A stretch of DNA of 64,000 nucleotides from Octopus vulgaris (taxonomy: Eukaryota): NCBI GenBank assembly GCA_951406725.2, contig OX597821.1, forward strand, positions 80,042,001 to 80,106,000. Reading direction: 5' to 3'. The notes below the pieces were generated by a model, which made no database searches, had not been told where the DNA came from, and worked only from the letters and a program-made list of their open reading frames with translations. Of the stretch, positions 41,947 through 55,175 are shown piece by piece. Positions within the stretch are counted from its first letter, which is position 1; every line of letters starts with the position of its first letter. The position numbers were made by a program, and so were the translations under genes.

Positions 41947-43396
41947 CACACAATTATTCATGTAAACATGCATACATACATAAACTACATCCTCAGAAGC
42001 ACACCAACAACACATAATAATAGTACGTTTGTGAAATCACGTACGCGATGGAAGTATGAACAGAGCAAAAAAGAACTCAATACATATGCGTGTGTGCATG
42101 TGTGCATGCGGATTCTTTGCTAGCTAGCTAGCTAACTAGATTGATTGATTGATAGATAGAGAGAGAGAGAGGGAGAGAGAGAGAGAAGGAGAAAGAGAGA
42201 GAGAGAAATTACGGGCAAAGTTGGTGGCAGTCATGCAAGAAATGGCTACATGTGGTTTGAGTAAAGCTGGAATTTTCTATCCAGGACCGTCTTTTGGAAT
42301 TGCATAGAGTGTGAAAGTGAAAGATGTAGTGATGGTTCATAGAGGAGCTGGTGTGGTGGTAGTAATAGCTATAAGGTATGGTGGTGGTGGTGATGGTGGT
42401 GGTGGTGGTAGTGGTGGTGGTGGTGGTAGTGGTGGAAGTAGTGATGGTAGTAATGAAAGCAATGTACGGTAGTGGCGGTGTAGGTAGTGGAAATAGAGTG
42501 GTGGATATGCTGCTGTCACTGGTGTGGCTACGGCGGTAGTTGAGATGTGACAACGTTGATGGCTGTGCGATGGCATGTTCCAGCCTTGACCATCAATAGA
42601 AAGAAAGGTACTGTGTTGAAGATTGATAGGAGAGAGAGGGGGGAGAGGGGGGAGACTGAGAGAGAGAGAGAGAGAAAGAGAGAGGGAGGAAGGGAAGCGA
42701 ACGTCACATTCTCCAGTGTTTCATTCTCATTTTCAAAGGTTAGGGTTGACCTGAAGGATATTTGGCTGCTATTTCTTGCGAGTAAGTGACCGTGTAGAAA
42801 GTCCACCTTCGCTGGAGCGTTCAGATGAAATGTTTTATTTTTATTATATTTAAGTTGGCGTTGATAGTGGCGATGTTGGAGAAGGAAAGAGGTAAGTCAC
42901 TGTGAGGTGAGGTGGCTCTGGTTACTCTCCAACCAGACACAGGTCGCTCTATCCTCATAAAAAGCTATCTCCGCCTTTCCCTCCTATTCTCCCGCCTACC
43001 TCGCTCCAAGCATCCCCTCCATCTTGTCGTCTGCTAACGTAACACAATCGTTTCATTGACATCAACTATTATTTGCATAGCATTTTCATGGGATTCGGTG
43101 AATGGGAAGATGGCGGGGGTGCAAAGAACACGGTTATATTCTCAGATGAACATCACGTAGAAATTATACCGACAGCTTTCGTCTTCTAATTTCCGTTACA
43201 ATTTTTCTTTAGCTCTGACACAGTTTTATTTCTTCTTCTTCTTCTTCTTCTTCTTCTTCTTCTTCTTCTTCTTCTTCTTCTTCTTCTTCTTCTCCTCCTC
43301 CTCCTCCTCTTCCTCCTCCTCCTCCTCTTCCTCCTCCTTCTTCTTCTTCTTTCGTTACAATTTCTCTTTAACAATGACACAATTTTAAAATCCCAC

Positions 43397-43481
<85 letters not shown>

Positions 43482-44111
43482 CATCTATCTATCTATCTAT
43501 CTGTGTCTGCCCCTACATATATTTATATATGTATGTATTTATGTATATATGTATGTATGTATGTATGTATATATTCATCTATTGCTTTTTTGTTCTCTTC
43601 TACCTTTGGTTTTGTATAAAGGGGGACTCTTTACCTCCTATGGTGACCCCTTTGTGTATGTAATAGTTTTCGTTATTAAAATATCCGTTTGTATTGAGGA
43701 GGGAAGGTTTGATATTATAATGAACGGTAAATCGCTTTCTTTCTCCCCCCCCCCACTCTCTCTCTCTCTCTCTTTTTTCTTTGGTAAATGGTGTCAACAA
43801 ACAGCAGAATATTAGATCAAAAAAGAAACAGATCAACGATCTTTGTTACAAGGTAAATAGTGATTTATAGAAAACTTGTTATGGAACGTTTTGAAGTTGC
43901 GGAAACAACAAGTAGATATACCAGCTTATATAGCAGTAGTACGCGCGCGCGCGCACATACCGATACGCACACCCACATACAAACACCTACATACATATGT
44001 ATACGAAAGACATACAATTTACATGCTTCTGTGTATGTGTGTATATACACCATAACTATTTATGTCATAATGCACATAACGAGACCACCATCAGTTTTCA
44101 GAGAGAAAACG

Positions 44112-44176
<65 letters not shown>

Positions 44177-45151
44177 CCTTTGTACTGGAAGCACATGGCC
44201 TCAGATTTAGAGGAAGGGATTAAGTCGATTACATCGACCCCAGTAGATAACTGGTACTAATTTTACCGACCCCGAAAGGATGACAGGAAAAGTCGACCGC
44301 GGCGGAATTTGAATTTAGAACGGGAAGACGGACGAAAATACCGCTAAGCATTTCGTCCGGCGTGCCAATGATAATAATAATAAACCTTCCTGGTATAAGC
44401 ACAAGGTCTGAAATTTTGGTGGGAAGGGCTGGCTACTCGATTACTTCGATCCCAGTGTTCAATTGGCACTTATTCTTTCAACCACATAATAATAATAATA
44501 ATAATAATAATAATGCTTTAACTTTCCTCGTTGTATTCGTATTTAGAAACACACCTGTCATTTGAAGGATAATTCAAACTTAATATATCATGTTCAACTC
44601 TCCTATTTTAACAAATCAAAGTATAATCTTTCCTTTACTGTTGTTGACTTAAGTAATTCCGAAGGAGACAAAGGTTATCAAAATACTAACAAGGATATGT
44701 TTCGGCGTCTTCTTCTATTTCATTTACAGATAACCCCTAACGTTAACCCTTATGGTAATCTGAAACCGAACCCTAACCCAAGCTCTAAATCGCATCTAAA
44801 TCACAAACATACAACAGGCGATGTTAGTATAATGATTAGGCGATTTGCCAACGTTGTATTTCAATAAACATCCACAGCTTTTTTTGCTTTTTTTCGGAGG
44901 TGACAAAATGATGCTTAAACGAAATCTTCCAACATTTCGACGATAGGAGCAATGAAGACAACAGGAAAATTATTGGTCAGTATTATATATCAGACAGATA
45001 TTTCAATTGCCCGTGAAATACACATACACAGAAAAAGAGCGGGTCCTGTAAAGGGATTTCAATCATCCGTGAAATACATACACACTCACCCCTAGTCCTG
45101 TAAAGGGTGAGCTTCATTTGTTTATAGTATAGTCTTATAACTGTATATATT

Positions 45152-45554
45152 CTTTTACTTGTTTCAGTCATGTGACTGTGGCCATACTGGAGCACCGCCT
45201 TTAGTCGAGCAAATCGACCCCAGGACTTATTCTTTGGAAGCCTAGTACTTATTCTATCGGTCTCTTTTGCCGAACCGCTAAGTTACGGGGACGTAAACAC
45301 ACCAGCATCGGTTGTCAAGCGATGTTGAGGGGACAAACACAGACACACAAACATACACACATATACATATATATATATATATATACATACATATATACGA
45401 CGGGCTTCTTTCAGTTTCCGTCTACCAAATCCACTCACAAAGCTTTGGTCGGCCCGAGGCTATATTAGAAGATAGTTGCCCAAGGTGCCACGCAGTGGGA
45501 CTGAACCCGGAACCATGTGGTTGGTAAGCATCTACTTACCGCAAAGCCACTCCT
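45152..45554 (-). mobile_element. Family B SINE, full length
   Basis: Same consensus. Partial or diverged copies also lie near 12000-12360, 12695-12980, 29570, 30395, 31638-31898, 37760-38190 and 59660-60045. Confidence 0.85.
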
Positions 45555-46313
45555 ACGCATATATAGTATGTAGATACTAAAAATAAATAAATAGTTTTTT
45601 CTACTTCTAGTACAAGGTCAGCAGTAGTTTTGAGGGGATAAGAAGACCGATGACATCGACCTCAGTACGCAACTGGTACTTATTCTATCAACACCGAGAG
45701 GATGAAAGATAACACTAACCTCGGCGGAATTTGAACACAGAACGTAAATGAGTGGGAAAAATACCACAAGGCATTGCGTCCGATACTCTAAACAATTCTG
45801 TCAGCTCACGCCTTAATCGCAGACCTGATATTTTTAGGAGGAAGAGGACTAGAGATTACATTGGCGCTAGTATTTAAATGGTACTTATTTTATCGACCCC
45901 GAAAGGATGAAAGTCAAAGTCAACCTCAGCAGAATTTGAACTCAGACGTAAAGACGGACGAAATGCTGCTAAGCATTTTACCCAGCCAGCTCGACACCTT
46001 CCTAGACCTGTGATATTGATACCATTAATGCTACTCTTTGATCCTTTGTAAGTTAACTCCCACAGGAGAAACATAATGATTGGGCGATTTGCCAATATTG
46101 TATTTCAATAGCCATCCACGGCTTTTTTTTCAGAGGTGACAAAATGATGCTAGTACTAAGTCCTCCAGTACTCGAATGGTACTTATTTTATCGACCCCGA
46201 AAGGACGAAAGTCAAAGTTAGCCTCGGCAGAATTTTAACAGTGAACATAAAAACGGACGAAATGCTGTTAAACATTTTGTCCGGCATGCTGACGATTCTA
46301 CCATTTCCTAGTC

Positions 46314-46421
<108 letters not shown>

Positions 46422-46589
46422 GCGAATCAAGTATTAGGAGAGGTGAAAATCGGGAGAGGCATTTTCTAGAGTTTGTCTCCATTGATCTTTGCGCTGGGAA
46501 TAATCTCCTTGAGCGAAATAGTACAGAAAACAAAGTCCGGGTATGACCTGCGAAGAAGTAAGGTAAGACTGAACCACAAAATGTGAAGC

Positions 46590-48030
46590 AGAACATAACA
46601 GCCCCGTCTAGTTTGTGCAGATATTCTGCAATGGTATTAAGATGGAGTTTGGGCTCTCAAAATGCGCTACGATGGTGATGAGACGAGGAAAGCTTGTCAG
46701 GACAGGTGAAGTAATGAAGGCAATTCAACCCCAGTCCAGCTATAAATACCTGGGAATACTTGAGGCAGATGGCATTAAATACGGCATGAAGGAAAAGACA
46801 AAAAGAAAGCACCTGCGGCGAGTGAGAACAATACTGGATTCAGAGCTGAATGCCAGAAACATAATTTCGGCAATAAACTCGCGCGCAGTCGCAATACTTC
46901 GGTATGGCGCTAGAATTCTGAAGTGGACAGAGGAGGGGCTAAAGGAGATGGACAGGAAGTCAAGCGAGCCCATCATCTACGTGCAGACACTAATCGCCTA
47001 TATATGAAGAGAGCAATTGGAAGAAGTGGACTGATACGTGTGGAAGACTGTGTACGTATCGACCTCGAGAGCTTAATGAGATACCTAGCTCAAAGTAAGG
47101 AAACTTTGCAAGTGTCAGTTAGAAACGAAGGAGTATTGAAAGCAGAGAAAAAAAAAAGAAAAACAAAGGAAGAAGTACAAAAAAAAATACACACGAAGAA
47201 AAAGTATGCAACAAGGGATTACACAATAAATTCCATGTAGCCACAACAGAAGTTGCTGGAAGAAATAGGTGGGATTGGCTGAAGAAAGGAACACCAAAAA
47301 AAAAAAAAAAGAGAGAGCGAGAGCACTATACTGGCAGCGCAAGACCAAGCTTTGGCCACACACTGGAGAATCAGCCTTTGGAATGAGCAAGTGTCTCTGC
47401 TGTGCCGCAGTGGATGAAACCATTGCCCATATCACAAACGAATGTCCTAGACTTTCCCAAAACCACTACAAATTGTGGCAACATGATGAAGTAGCGAAAG
47501 TGCTACATTCGAAACTGTGCAGAAAGTGGGGGCTAGAGAGAGGCAAGACGTGGTATGAACACAAACCTCAGAGAGTAGCCGAGTTGGAGACTAGTAAAAT
47601 CATCTGGGATTTCCCAATCCAAACAGATCAGGTGCTAGAGCATAACAGTCCGGACCTAGTGGTGGTCGACAAGATGCACCACATGTGCTATATAGTTGAT
47701 GTTGCAATGCCCCTTTGACCCAAGAATAGTCAAGAAGGAAGCCGAAAAAATGGATAAATACAACGCTCTTAAGTACGAAACAGCCCGGCTATAGAAAATG
47801 AAGGAGGTGAAGATAGTGCCAATTATTGTTGGGTCCTTGGGAACCGTATCAGAAGGCATCAAGAGGAATATCAAGGAAATTGGAATAGTGTGCCCAGCAG
47901 AACTGTTACAACCAGAATAACCAGGAAAGTATTAGGCAGGTGAAAAGAACAGACAGCGTGATACTGTAGGCTGCAGGTAGCAAGCCCGCTACGCATGCAA
48001 GACTCCATGAGTTCCAACAAAACTTGTGAT
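46590..48030 (+). mobile_element. 5'-truncated non-LTR retrotransposon with restriction-like endonuclease (R4/Dong-type), pseudogenised
   Basis: RT C-terminus MEFGLSKCA...YKYLGILE...AINSRAVAILRYGA. CCHC knuckle CLCC..DETIAHITNEC. HDEVAKVLH. REL motif WDFPIQTD..LEHNSPDLVVVDK..IVDVAMP. Frameshifts and stops present. Confidence 0.9.
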
Positions 48031-48032
48031 AA

Positions 48033-48074
48033 AAAGAAATCATAATAATACATAACCAAAATACCAGGACTTAC

Positions 48075-48111
<37 letters not shown>

Positions 48112-48156
48112 TATATTCGTAAGTCCTGGTATTTTGGTTATGTATTATTATGATTT

Positions 48157-48160
<4 letters not shown>
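48033..48160. repeat. Perfect inverted repeat (~47-bp arms) with a (TA)n centre at a LINE 3' end
   Basis: aaagaaatcataataatacataaccaaaataccaggacttacgaata-(TA)n-tattcgtaagtcctggtattttggttatgtattattatgatttcttt. Gives identical [12 protein letters not shown] starts on both strands. Confidence 0.9.
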
Positions 48161-48197
<37 letters not shown>

Positions 48198-48215
48198 CAT
48201 ACATACATACATACA

Positions 48216-48279
<64 letters not shown>

Positions 48280-48282
<3 letters not shown>

Positions 48283-48436
48283 CATACAGAAAATAGCACT
48301 ACTAGTAGGCTCCGCACACATCCTACGTAAAGCGCTTTCAATACAGTGAAAATAACAGCTCCAAAACAAACCACAGCAAATACCCAAGGTACACAGAGCT
48401 GCACTCAGTAGTGCAGTGAAAGCACAATATAAAAAA

Positions 48437-48505
<69 letters not shown>
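48280..48505 (+). mobile_element. 3' end of a second R4/Dong-type LINE ending in (AAT)n
   Basis: [22 protein letters not shown] is a typical REL-LINE C-terminus. A short 3'UTR follows, then (AAT)n. Confidence 0.7.
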
Positions 48506-48535
<30 letters not shown>

Positions 48536-49387
48536 AATTCAGCTCATATTGCAGATACTTTATACTACAGACGAATCAGAATACGCAACGCCAGAGAGAA
48601 CAAAACGAAACTGTTGTAATTTACAAATACTGTTCTACATTGGTCAGAAATCAATGCTGCACCTAGCTCTGGGACAGCGAAGAGCCCGTAGGGGTTTGGT
48701 AGAAACTCTTAATATTATTACTTTGTTAGGCTTGATGGTACCAGGATGATGAGGCATTGTAACATGAAAAACAAGAGCATTGAAATGAGAAAACAGGCAT
48801 GAAAGACTACATTATAATAAAAATGATTTAATTAAATCAAGGCAAGAAGTTGACAGTCCCCTGAGGTCTATGACCGAATCCTATACATCCTAGGTCACCT
48901 TCACTATCAGCTGTGATTTCGCAGCCTGCATTTGACGCATGCTGACAGTAAATATCAATATCTGGTATAAACCGCTGAAAATTCTAATTGACCGACTAAC
49001 TATTAATAACTCTAAGGGTTGTTAGCATGTATTCTGCGACGATTTCTATATTATATACGTGCTCTTTCAAATAACCTTGCTTAACCTAGATACGCAGGAG
49101 CAGAAGCAATATGAAGGCAACGAAAATTTAATCTGCTTTTCTACGTTGAGTTCAAGTCAAGGTAGAAACAGCTGGCAAGAACTAACTTATTGCTGTGTGT
49201 CGAAGCTTAATACATACTTTCTGAAACTGGCAATATCACTCAAAATTCTATCTACTTCTATTATAAATTTCAGTGCTTATATAAAACCAACACACACACA
49301 CTCACACTCAGTTATATATATTTACATAGATATGTATATAAGCATAGTGTAGTTTAAGTGATGCACTGTGTAATATATTTAAGGTTA

Positions 49388-49565
49388 AGACAAAACAACG
49401 GCTTGTACTTTATTTTGTATTTCTATATTTCGAGCTTCAGCGCCTTCATCAGGAGAAAAATGGATCTCAATAGCTGCCTCGGTTTTCTCTTGATGAAGAG
49501 GTATTAACTCTGAAATATCAAAATTTGACTAAAAAATATTAGGTAAAGTTCAAGTCGTTTTGTCT
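49388..49565. repeat. Degenerate inverted repeat with paired CTGATGA...GAAA motifs
   Basis: Minus strand: ttttctcCTGATGAaggcgctgaagctcGAAAtat. Plus strand: ttttctcTTGATGAagaggtattaactctGAAAtat. Outer arms agacaaaac/gttttgtct. Confidence 0.55.
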
Positions 49566-51437
49566 GCAATGCATCTGCTTCCACGCCTGTGTTTCAATTT
49601 GCCTTCTATTAGCTTTTAAACAATTTCAATTTTAACATTTCACGCACGCACACACACACGAACATATATAAAATACCGTAATTATAGATAATTCTTGCTA
49701 TTTTTATAAACTACTACTCAAAACATGGATGGGTGCCAATACTGCACTCTGTTTATCTCTGAAAATTATCCTAATAGTGTATCTTTCACACATATGTAGG
49801 ATAAATAGATCCCAGTTGTATTTGTATTGACTACAGATGGAAGCTAACTGGAATTTTACTTGCTTGGTCTTCATTTATTAAACAGGATTTCTCAGTGTCA
49901 TGGGTGAAAGAAGTGGAACTAAACGGTGAAGAGTAGAAAGCTCTGCAGTGCAAAATAAAAATAGCCAACATCTAAGCTTGTGACGCATTTTAAACAACCG
50001 AGTAACGCTTCAGGAACGTATGCATATCACAACTACTCGTATAGCTTCCTTCTGGAGTATAGACTTTTCTTGCTTACTGAAAGCATAAAGGCACACGTGC
50101 ATAGATAGGTGAAGAGCACAGGAGTAAGACGTAAATTCCTGATAAGGCGATTTTACGAATCGGTTTCGATTCTTGTTGAGATCCAATCTACTGCATTGAT
50201 GCTGTTAATGCTGCTGAGGGAAACGCTGGCGGTATAATTAGGTTACCCCTGCTGTGTAAGTTTATGACCCTGTAAAATATAAATAATGTATGAAGGAAGC
50301 TAGCTCAGAATCTGCAAGTAAAATAGACTTTCAAACTGCCTCCAACTTGTTAGAAATCACAGTTTTTCTTTCATATTCCTTTGGAGTGGAAAATACAAAC
50401 GGCTTCAACTGGTAATTGCCCATTTTAGTGCTTTTTTCATTTATTTGTCAAACCTTTCTTATATTAGGAACTTCGTAAAAACGGCGCCACTTTTGCCAAA
50501 GATTAGCGTTGATTGATCAGTTAATATTTAGATCATTACGTGATGGACAAAATAAAAGTGGCACGCTGCAATAGCTATAACCGGAATCCAGTCCCCTACC
50601 CAAGGATTGGGGAAATGTTTTGACGAGTCTGTAGGTCATTGCAATGAAACAATGCTGTCGGTTAATGTTGTCCATTTCTCAACGACCCCTCACACAGCAC
50701 AAACATACCCAATTATCAACGATGTTGTTTAGAAACTGCAAAGTTCTAAGAATATAAATATAGGGATTATGTTTAGTTAGCTAAACGTTGATTAAACTAA
50801 AAAACAATGTGTGATATGTGGTGGGGGTACTTATTTAGATTGTGTAGGTATATACATGTGTGTGTGTTATTAATAGAAATTACTTTGTTGATGGGGGTCA
50901 TAGGAAGATGGGAAACTTTCACATGACCTTTTGCTTTCCAATTTCCTTTCTTTCTTATTATTACGTCGATCCTTTCAAAAGGAGCGATGAATGGATGCGG
51001 TGCCTATCGCATCAAAGGGTGTGCTGACTCGACACAAAGTTAATTGAGCGGCAGAGACCGAGCTACCGCAGGTCAATCAGTTAAACACAAAAGAACATTT
51101 TTTTTTAACTAAACAGAGCAAACCAAATCAACTGAATTTTCTAAGCAGGTCTCAATTAATTGATCCTTCCCACGCTAAACGGAAATTATATGTTAAGGTC
51201 TTCGGCTAAAAATGATTGGAATATGCAGAAACAAAACTCATATCCGCGCGAGATTTGATCGGGATTATCTATTCTTCTGACATAAAAATTATCACTGATG
51301 ACAGTTTCTAATCAATCCTCCGAGAAAAGTTAATCCATTGAAATTTCTCCCTCACTCATTCCCTCCCTTCTTCTCAATCAAAATATATATCAGCCAATAT
51401 CAGTCTATATTATTAGCTCTCAATATTCATCAGCAAA

Positions 51438-51662
51438 GGCGACAACCTGGCAGAATCGTTCGCACGCCGGGCGAAATGCGTAGCCGCATTTCGTCTGCCG
51501 TTACTTTCTGAGTTCAAATTCCGCTGAGGTCGACTTTCATCCTTTCGGGGTCGATAAATTAAGTACCAGTTACGCACTGGGGTCGATGTAATCGACTTGA
51601 ACCGTTTGTCTGTCCTTGTTTGTGCACTCTGTGTTTAGCCCCTTGTGGGTAGTAAAGAAATA
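51438..51662 (+). mobile_element. Family A SINE monomer
   Basis: ggcgacaacctggcagaatcgtt...gagttcaaattccgc...ccccttgtgggtagtaaagaaatag. Confidence 0.85.
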
Positions 51663-51847
51663 GAAAACGAAAGAAGAAAAAAAGATAAAAAATACACGCA
51701 ACCATATTCTCACAATGCAAAGACATAAACCTCCTGCGTTCACAATGTTTACATGCGTACACACTCACACAAACATGTATACGTACATGCACATACACAC
51801 ACACGAACATATATGTATGTACGTACTCATACATACACATGCACGCA

Positions 51848-51922
<75 letters not shown>

Positions 51923-51976
51923 CAAACCTCATCCTCATATAGACATAGGTGCTTACATGCATACACGTAACATAAA

Positions 51977-52013
<37 letters not shown>

Positions 52014-53337
52014 TAGAACTGGCCCGGATAATTGTAAAGAGTGAGCTCTGTTGAAGGTATCCAAATACCAAGCGATAAGGTTAAACAAAATAACGTATTC
52101 AGTATCCCACCAAAGAGCAGATATAATCCATCCAACAAGCTTCGGTGTTGTTACCGTCAACACAATTTCATTCAATATGGTATCGACCAAGGCACGACAA
52201 TACTCTCTCAAGGCGCGGCACAGAGGGTTCGAACTGGAAAATACAGCATTGCAAAACGAACTTTTTAATCATGCCTGCAAGTGCTTGTCAAGACAAAGCG
52301 ATTTATTGGATCGAGGATCAATGACGTCTATTTGACTGTGATTAAATTACATAAATATTTAAACATTCCTTCAACCGCAATTCTTTGTTGAAAGGGGGGA
52401 AAGGGTGGAATTCGGGGTATCTGTTAAGTAGTTAACGTGATTAAGTGAAGAAATTCCATCTCTTTTTTGCATACCCACGCGTATATGTCTGTGTGGTATG
52501 TTGTCAAGAATGAAAGTCGAAAAATTATGCTATGTCCCAGTGATTTAAGAGTTAATTATTTCACCTTTTATGTATCTGTATTTTAAGTGAGCTAAAAGGA
52601 TTGTGTCGGTGAGAGTTTGTCCCACGCTGCCCAGCATGATGTAGGTTTATGTCGGTGCAATGGTCTACTTCTAGAACACCTAAAATGCAACACAAGCACT
52701 ATGGAAAGAAATATATTTTAATGAGTGTGGGGTAAAAGGAGGGCGGCAGCGACAGGGAAGTTATTAAAAGAAAAATTTAGAATATTTAATGAAAAAGCAA
52801 AATGAACCAAACGAATAAATAAACAAATAATTGAAGAAAGATAGAAAAAAATAGGATAGAGATAAGAGTATGGAGATGTAAATATAAAACAAAGAAGCGA
52901 CAAAAAAAAACAAATGAAAAGAAACCAGGTTTTATTACAATGTCGTCTTTTGGAAGACATGGTCTCTGGATTCGATTACACCAAATTCCCGACAATAAAC
53001 TGCAATATTATTCTCCTTTCAGCTAATATCTTTTTCGAGTGTTATGTTTTCAATATCGAAGACATAATTGAAATGTTTAATATAATTCCAATTTTTACGC
53101 CAGGCCAGCAGGTTTGAAAGGATGGGGAAAGCCGATCATATCAGCCCCGTACATGACTGATATTTTATTTTATCGGCCCCAAAAGGAAGAAAAGCTAGCA
53201 AAATTGTCGAAGACGGAACCGAAATATTAACATAGTGAAAGAAGTTTGTGAGATCCGCTATCAACGATTTGAACTATGGAACCATATCGAACGAATCATT
53301 GAAATGTTTGATATGATGAAACAAATTCGAATATTAA

Positions 53338-54107
53338 GGCGGTGAGCTGGCAGAGTGGTTAGCACGCCGGGCAAAATGCGTAGCCGTATTTCGTCTGCCG
53401 TTACGTCCTGAGTTCAAATTCCGCCGAGGTCGACTTTGCCTTTCATCCTTTCGGGGTCGATAAATTAAGTACCAGTTACGCACTGGGGTCGATGTAATCG
53501 ACTTAATCTCTGTGTCTGTCCTTGTTTGTCCTCTCTCTGTGTAGCCCCTTGTGGGTAGTAAAGAAATAGGTATTTCGTCTGCTGTTACGTTCTGAGTTCA
53601 AATTTGCCTTTCATCCTTTCGGGGTCAATAAATTAAGGACCAGTTACGCACTGGGGTCGATGTAATCGACTTAATCCGTTTGTCTGTCCTTATTTGTCCC
53701 CTCTGTGTTTAGCCCCTTGTGGGTGGTAAAGAAATAGGTATTTCGTCTGCCGCTACGTTCTGAGTTCAAATTCCGCCGAGGTCGACTTTGCCTTTCATCC
53801 TTTCGGGGTCGATTAAATAAGTACCAGTTACGCATTGGGGTCGATATAATCGACTTAATCCGTTTGTCTGTCCTTGTTTGTTCCCTCTGTGTTTAGCCCC
53901 TTGTGGGTAGTAAAGAAATAAGTACTTCGTCTGTCTTTTACGTTCTGAGTTCAAATTCCGCTGAGGTCGACTTTGCCTTTCATCATTTCGGGGTCGATAA
54001 ATCAAGTACTAGTTATGCACTGGGGTCGATGTAAACGACTTAATCCCTTTGTTTGTCCTTGTTTGTTCCCTTCTATGTTTAGCTCCTTGTGGGCAATAAA
54101 GAAATAA
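53338..54107 (+). mobile_element. tRNA-derived SINE (family A) with four head-to-tail body units, flanked by a 19-bp TSD
   Basis: One head GGCGGTGAGCTGGCAGAGTGGTTAG (A box), then four ~170-185-bp units, each with the B-box-like GAGTTCAAATT and GCCTTTCATCCTTTCGGGGTCGATAAATTAAGTACC. TSD gaaacaaattcgaat(a/g)tta at 53318-53336 and 54108-54126. Confidence 0.9.
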
Positions 54108-54655
54108 GAAACAAATTCGAATGTTATGCAAGCAATACTTTTAATAATGGTCCATCATCGAAATGTTTAACACAATGAAACATGTGTGCGTGTTATGTTA
54201 TCAGTAATTTTAACAATCGAACAATATCGAAAAACATTGTCTAAATATTTATGATAATGAAACACGCTTCTGTGTAACACGATCGACAATTTTAACGACC
54301 GAACAACAATGAAGGCCTAATCAAGCTGGAGTGTTCTACTGGCTAATAAACGGTTCTTTTGCTGAACCAGCCAGTCATTTCTTCAGACATAGTACATATT
54401 ATCAATACCACATACATATGCGTGTTGTTAATCCCTTGTTGTTGCGGTATATTGTTTAAGAGAGGTCCATTTAAAGATACACAATATTGAAAAGACACAG
54501 TATATCTCAAAGCCATGCGAAACGAAATCTTTCCGAAAATGAATAAGGACAGATATTTGGCATCTTTTTTCTGCTCATCCGCGTCGTCATTTACACACGC
54601 ACACATACCAACGCACTTATATATGCATGTATACACTTACATACGTACATACACA

Positions 54656-54718
<63 letters not shown>

Positions 54719-54719
<1 letters not shown>

Positions 54720-54969
54720 AAATTATAATTTAGGGTATTTAAGAGTTAGTTAGTTAGTTAGTTAATTTTTTGGTTCAAAAAGCAAAAAGCAAGGCCATGT
54801 AGGGGGACATAGAGTTATGTACAGGGTGGTGTCCATGTAAAGAGATACCACCACGCTGGAAATAGCAGTCAAAACTTGACTCTAAAATATTTAATGTGGT
54901 TTTAGAGTCACGTTTTGACTGCTATTTCCAGCGTGGTGGTATTGCTTAGGTACCCTAAATTATAATTTT
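54719..54969. repeat. Nested inverted repeat (inner 43-bp arms at 54845-54942, outer 19-bp arms)
   Basis: Inner ataccaccacgctggaaatagcagtcaaaacttgactctaaaa / ttttagagtcacgttttgactgctatttccagcgtggtggtat. Outer aaaattataatttagggta / taccctaaattataatttt. Confidence 0.8.
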
Positions 54970-55046
54970 AAACAATTATTACCTTTGAAGGTTTTTATTC
55001 CCATGCTGGCCACCTGGTAAGATCGGTATTTAGATATCGATCTTAT

Positions 55047-55091
<45 letters not shown>

Positions 55092-55123
55092 CATATATGT
55101 ACACATATATATAAGTTAAATAC

Positions 55124-55175
<52 letters not shown>

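Noticed and set aside
50078-50269. Minus-strand exon-like segment (ttttacag| ... |gtaagc)
   Set aside because: Stops in all three frames; not the missing LE2 exon.
53338-54107. Tandem array considered as CRISPR or a tRNA gene cluster
   Set aside because: Units are SINE bodies with no unique spacers and no full cloverleaf, and the context is eukaryotic.
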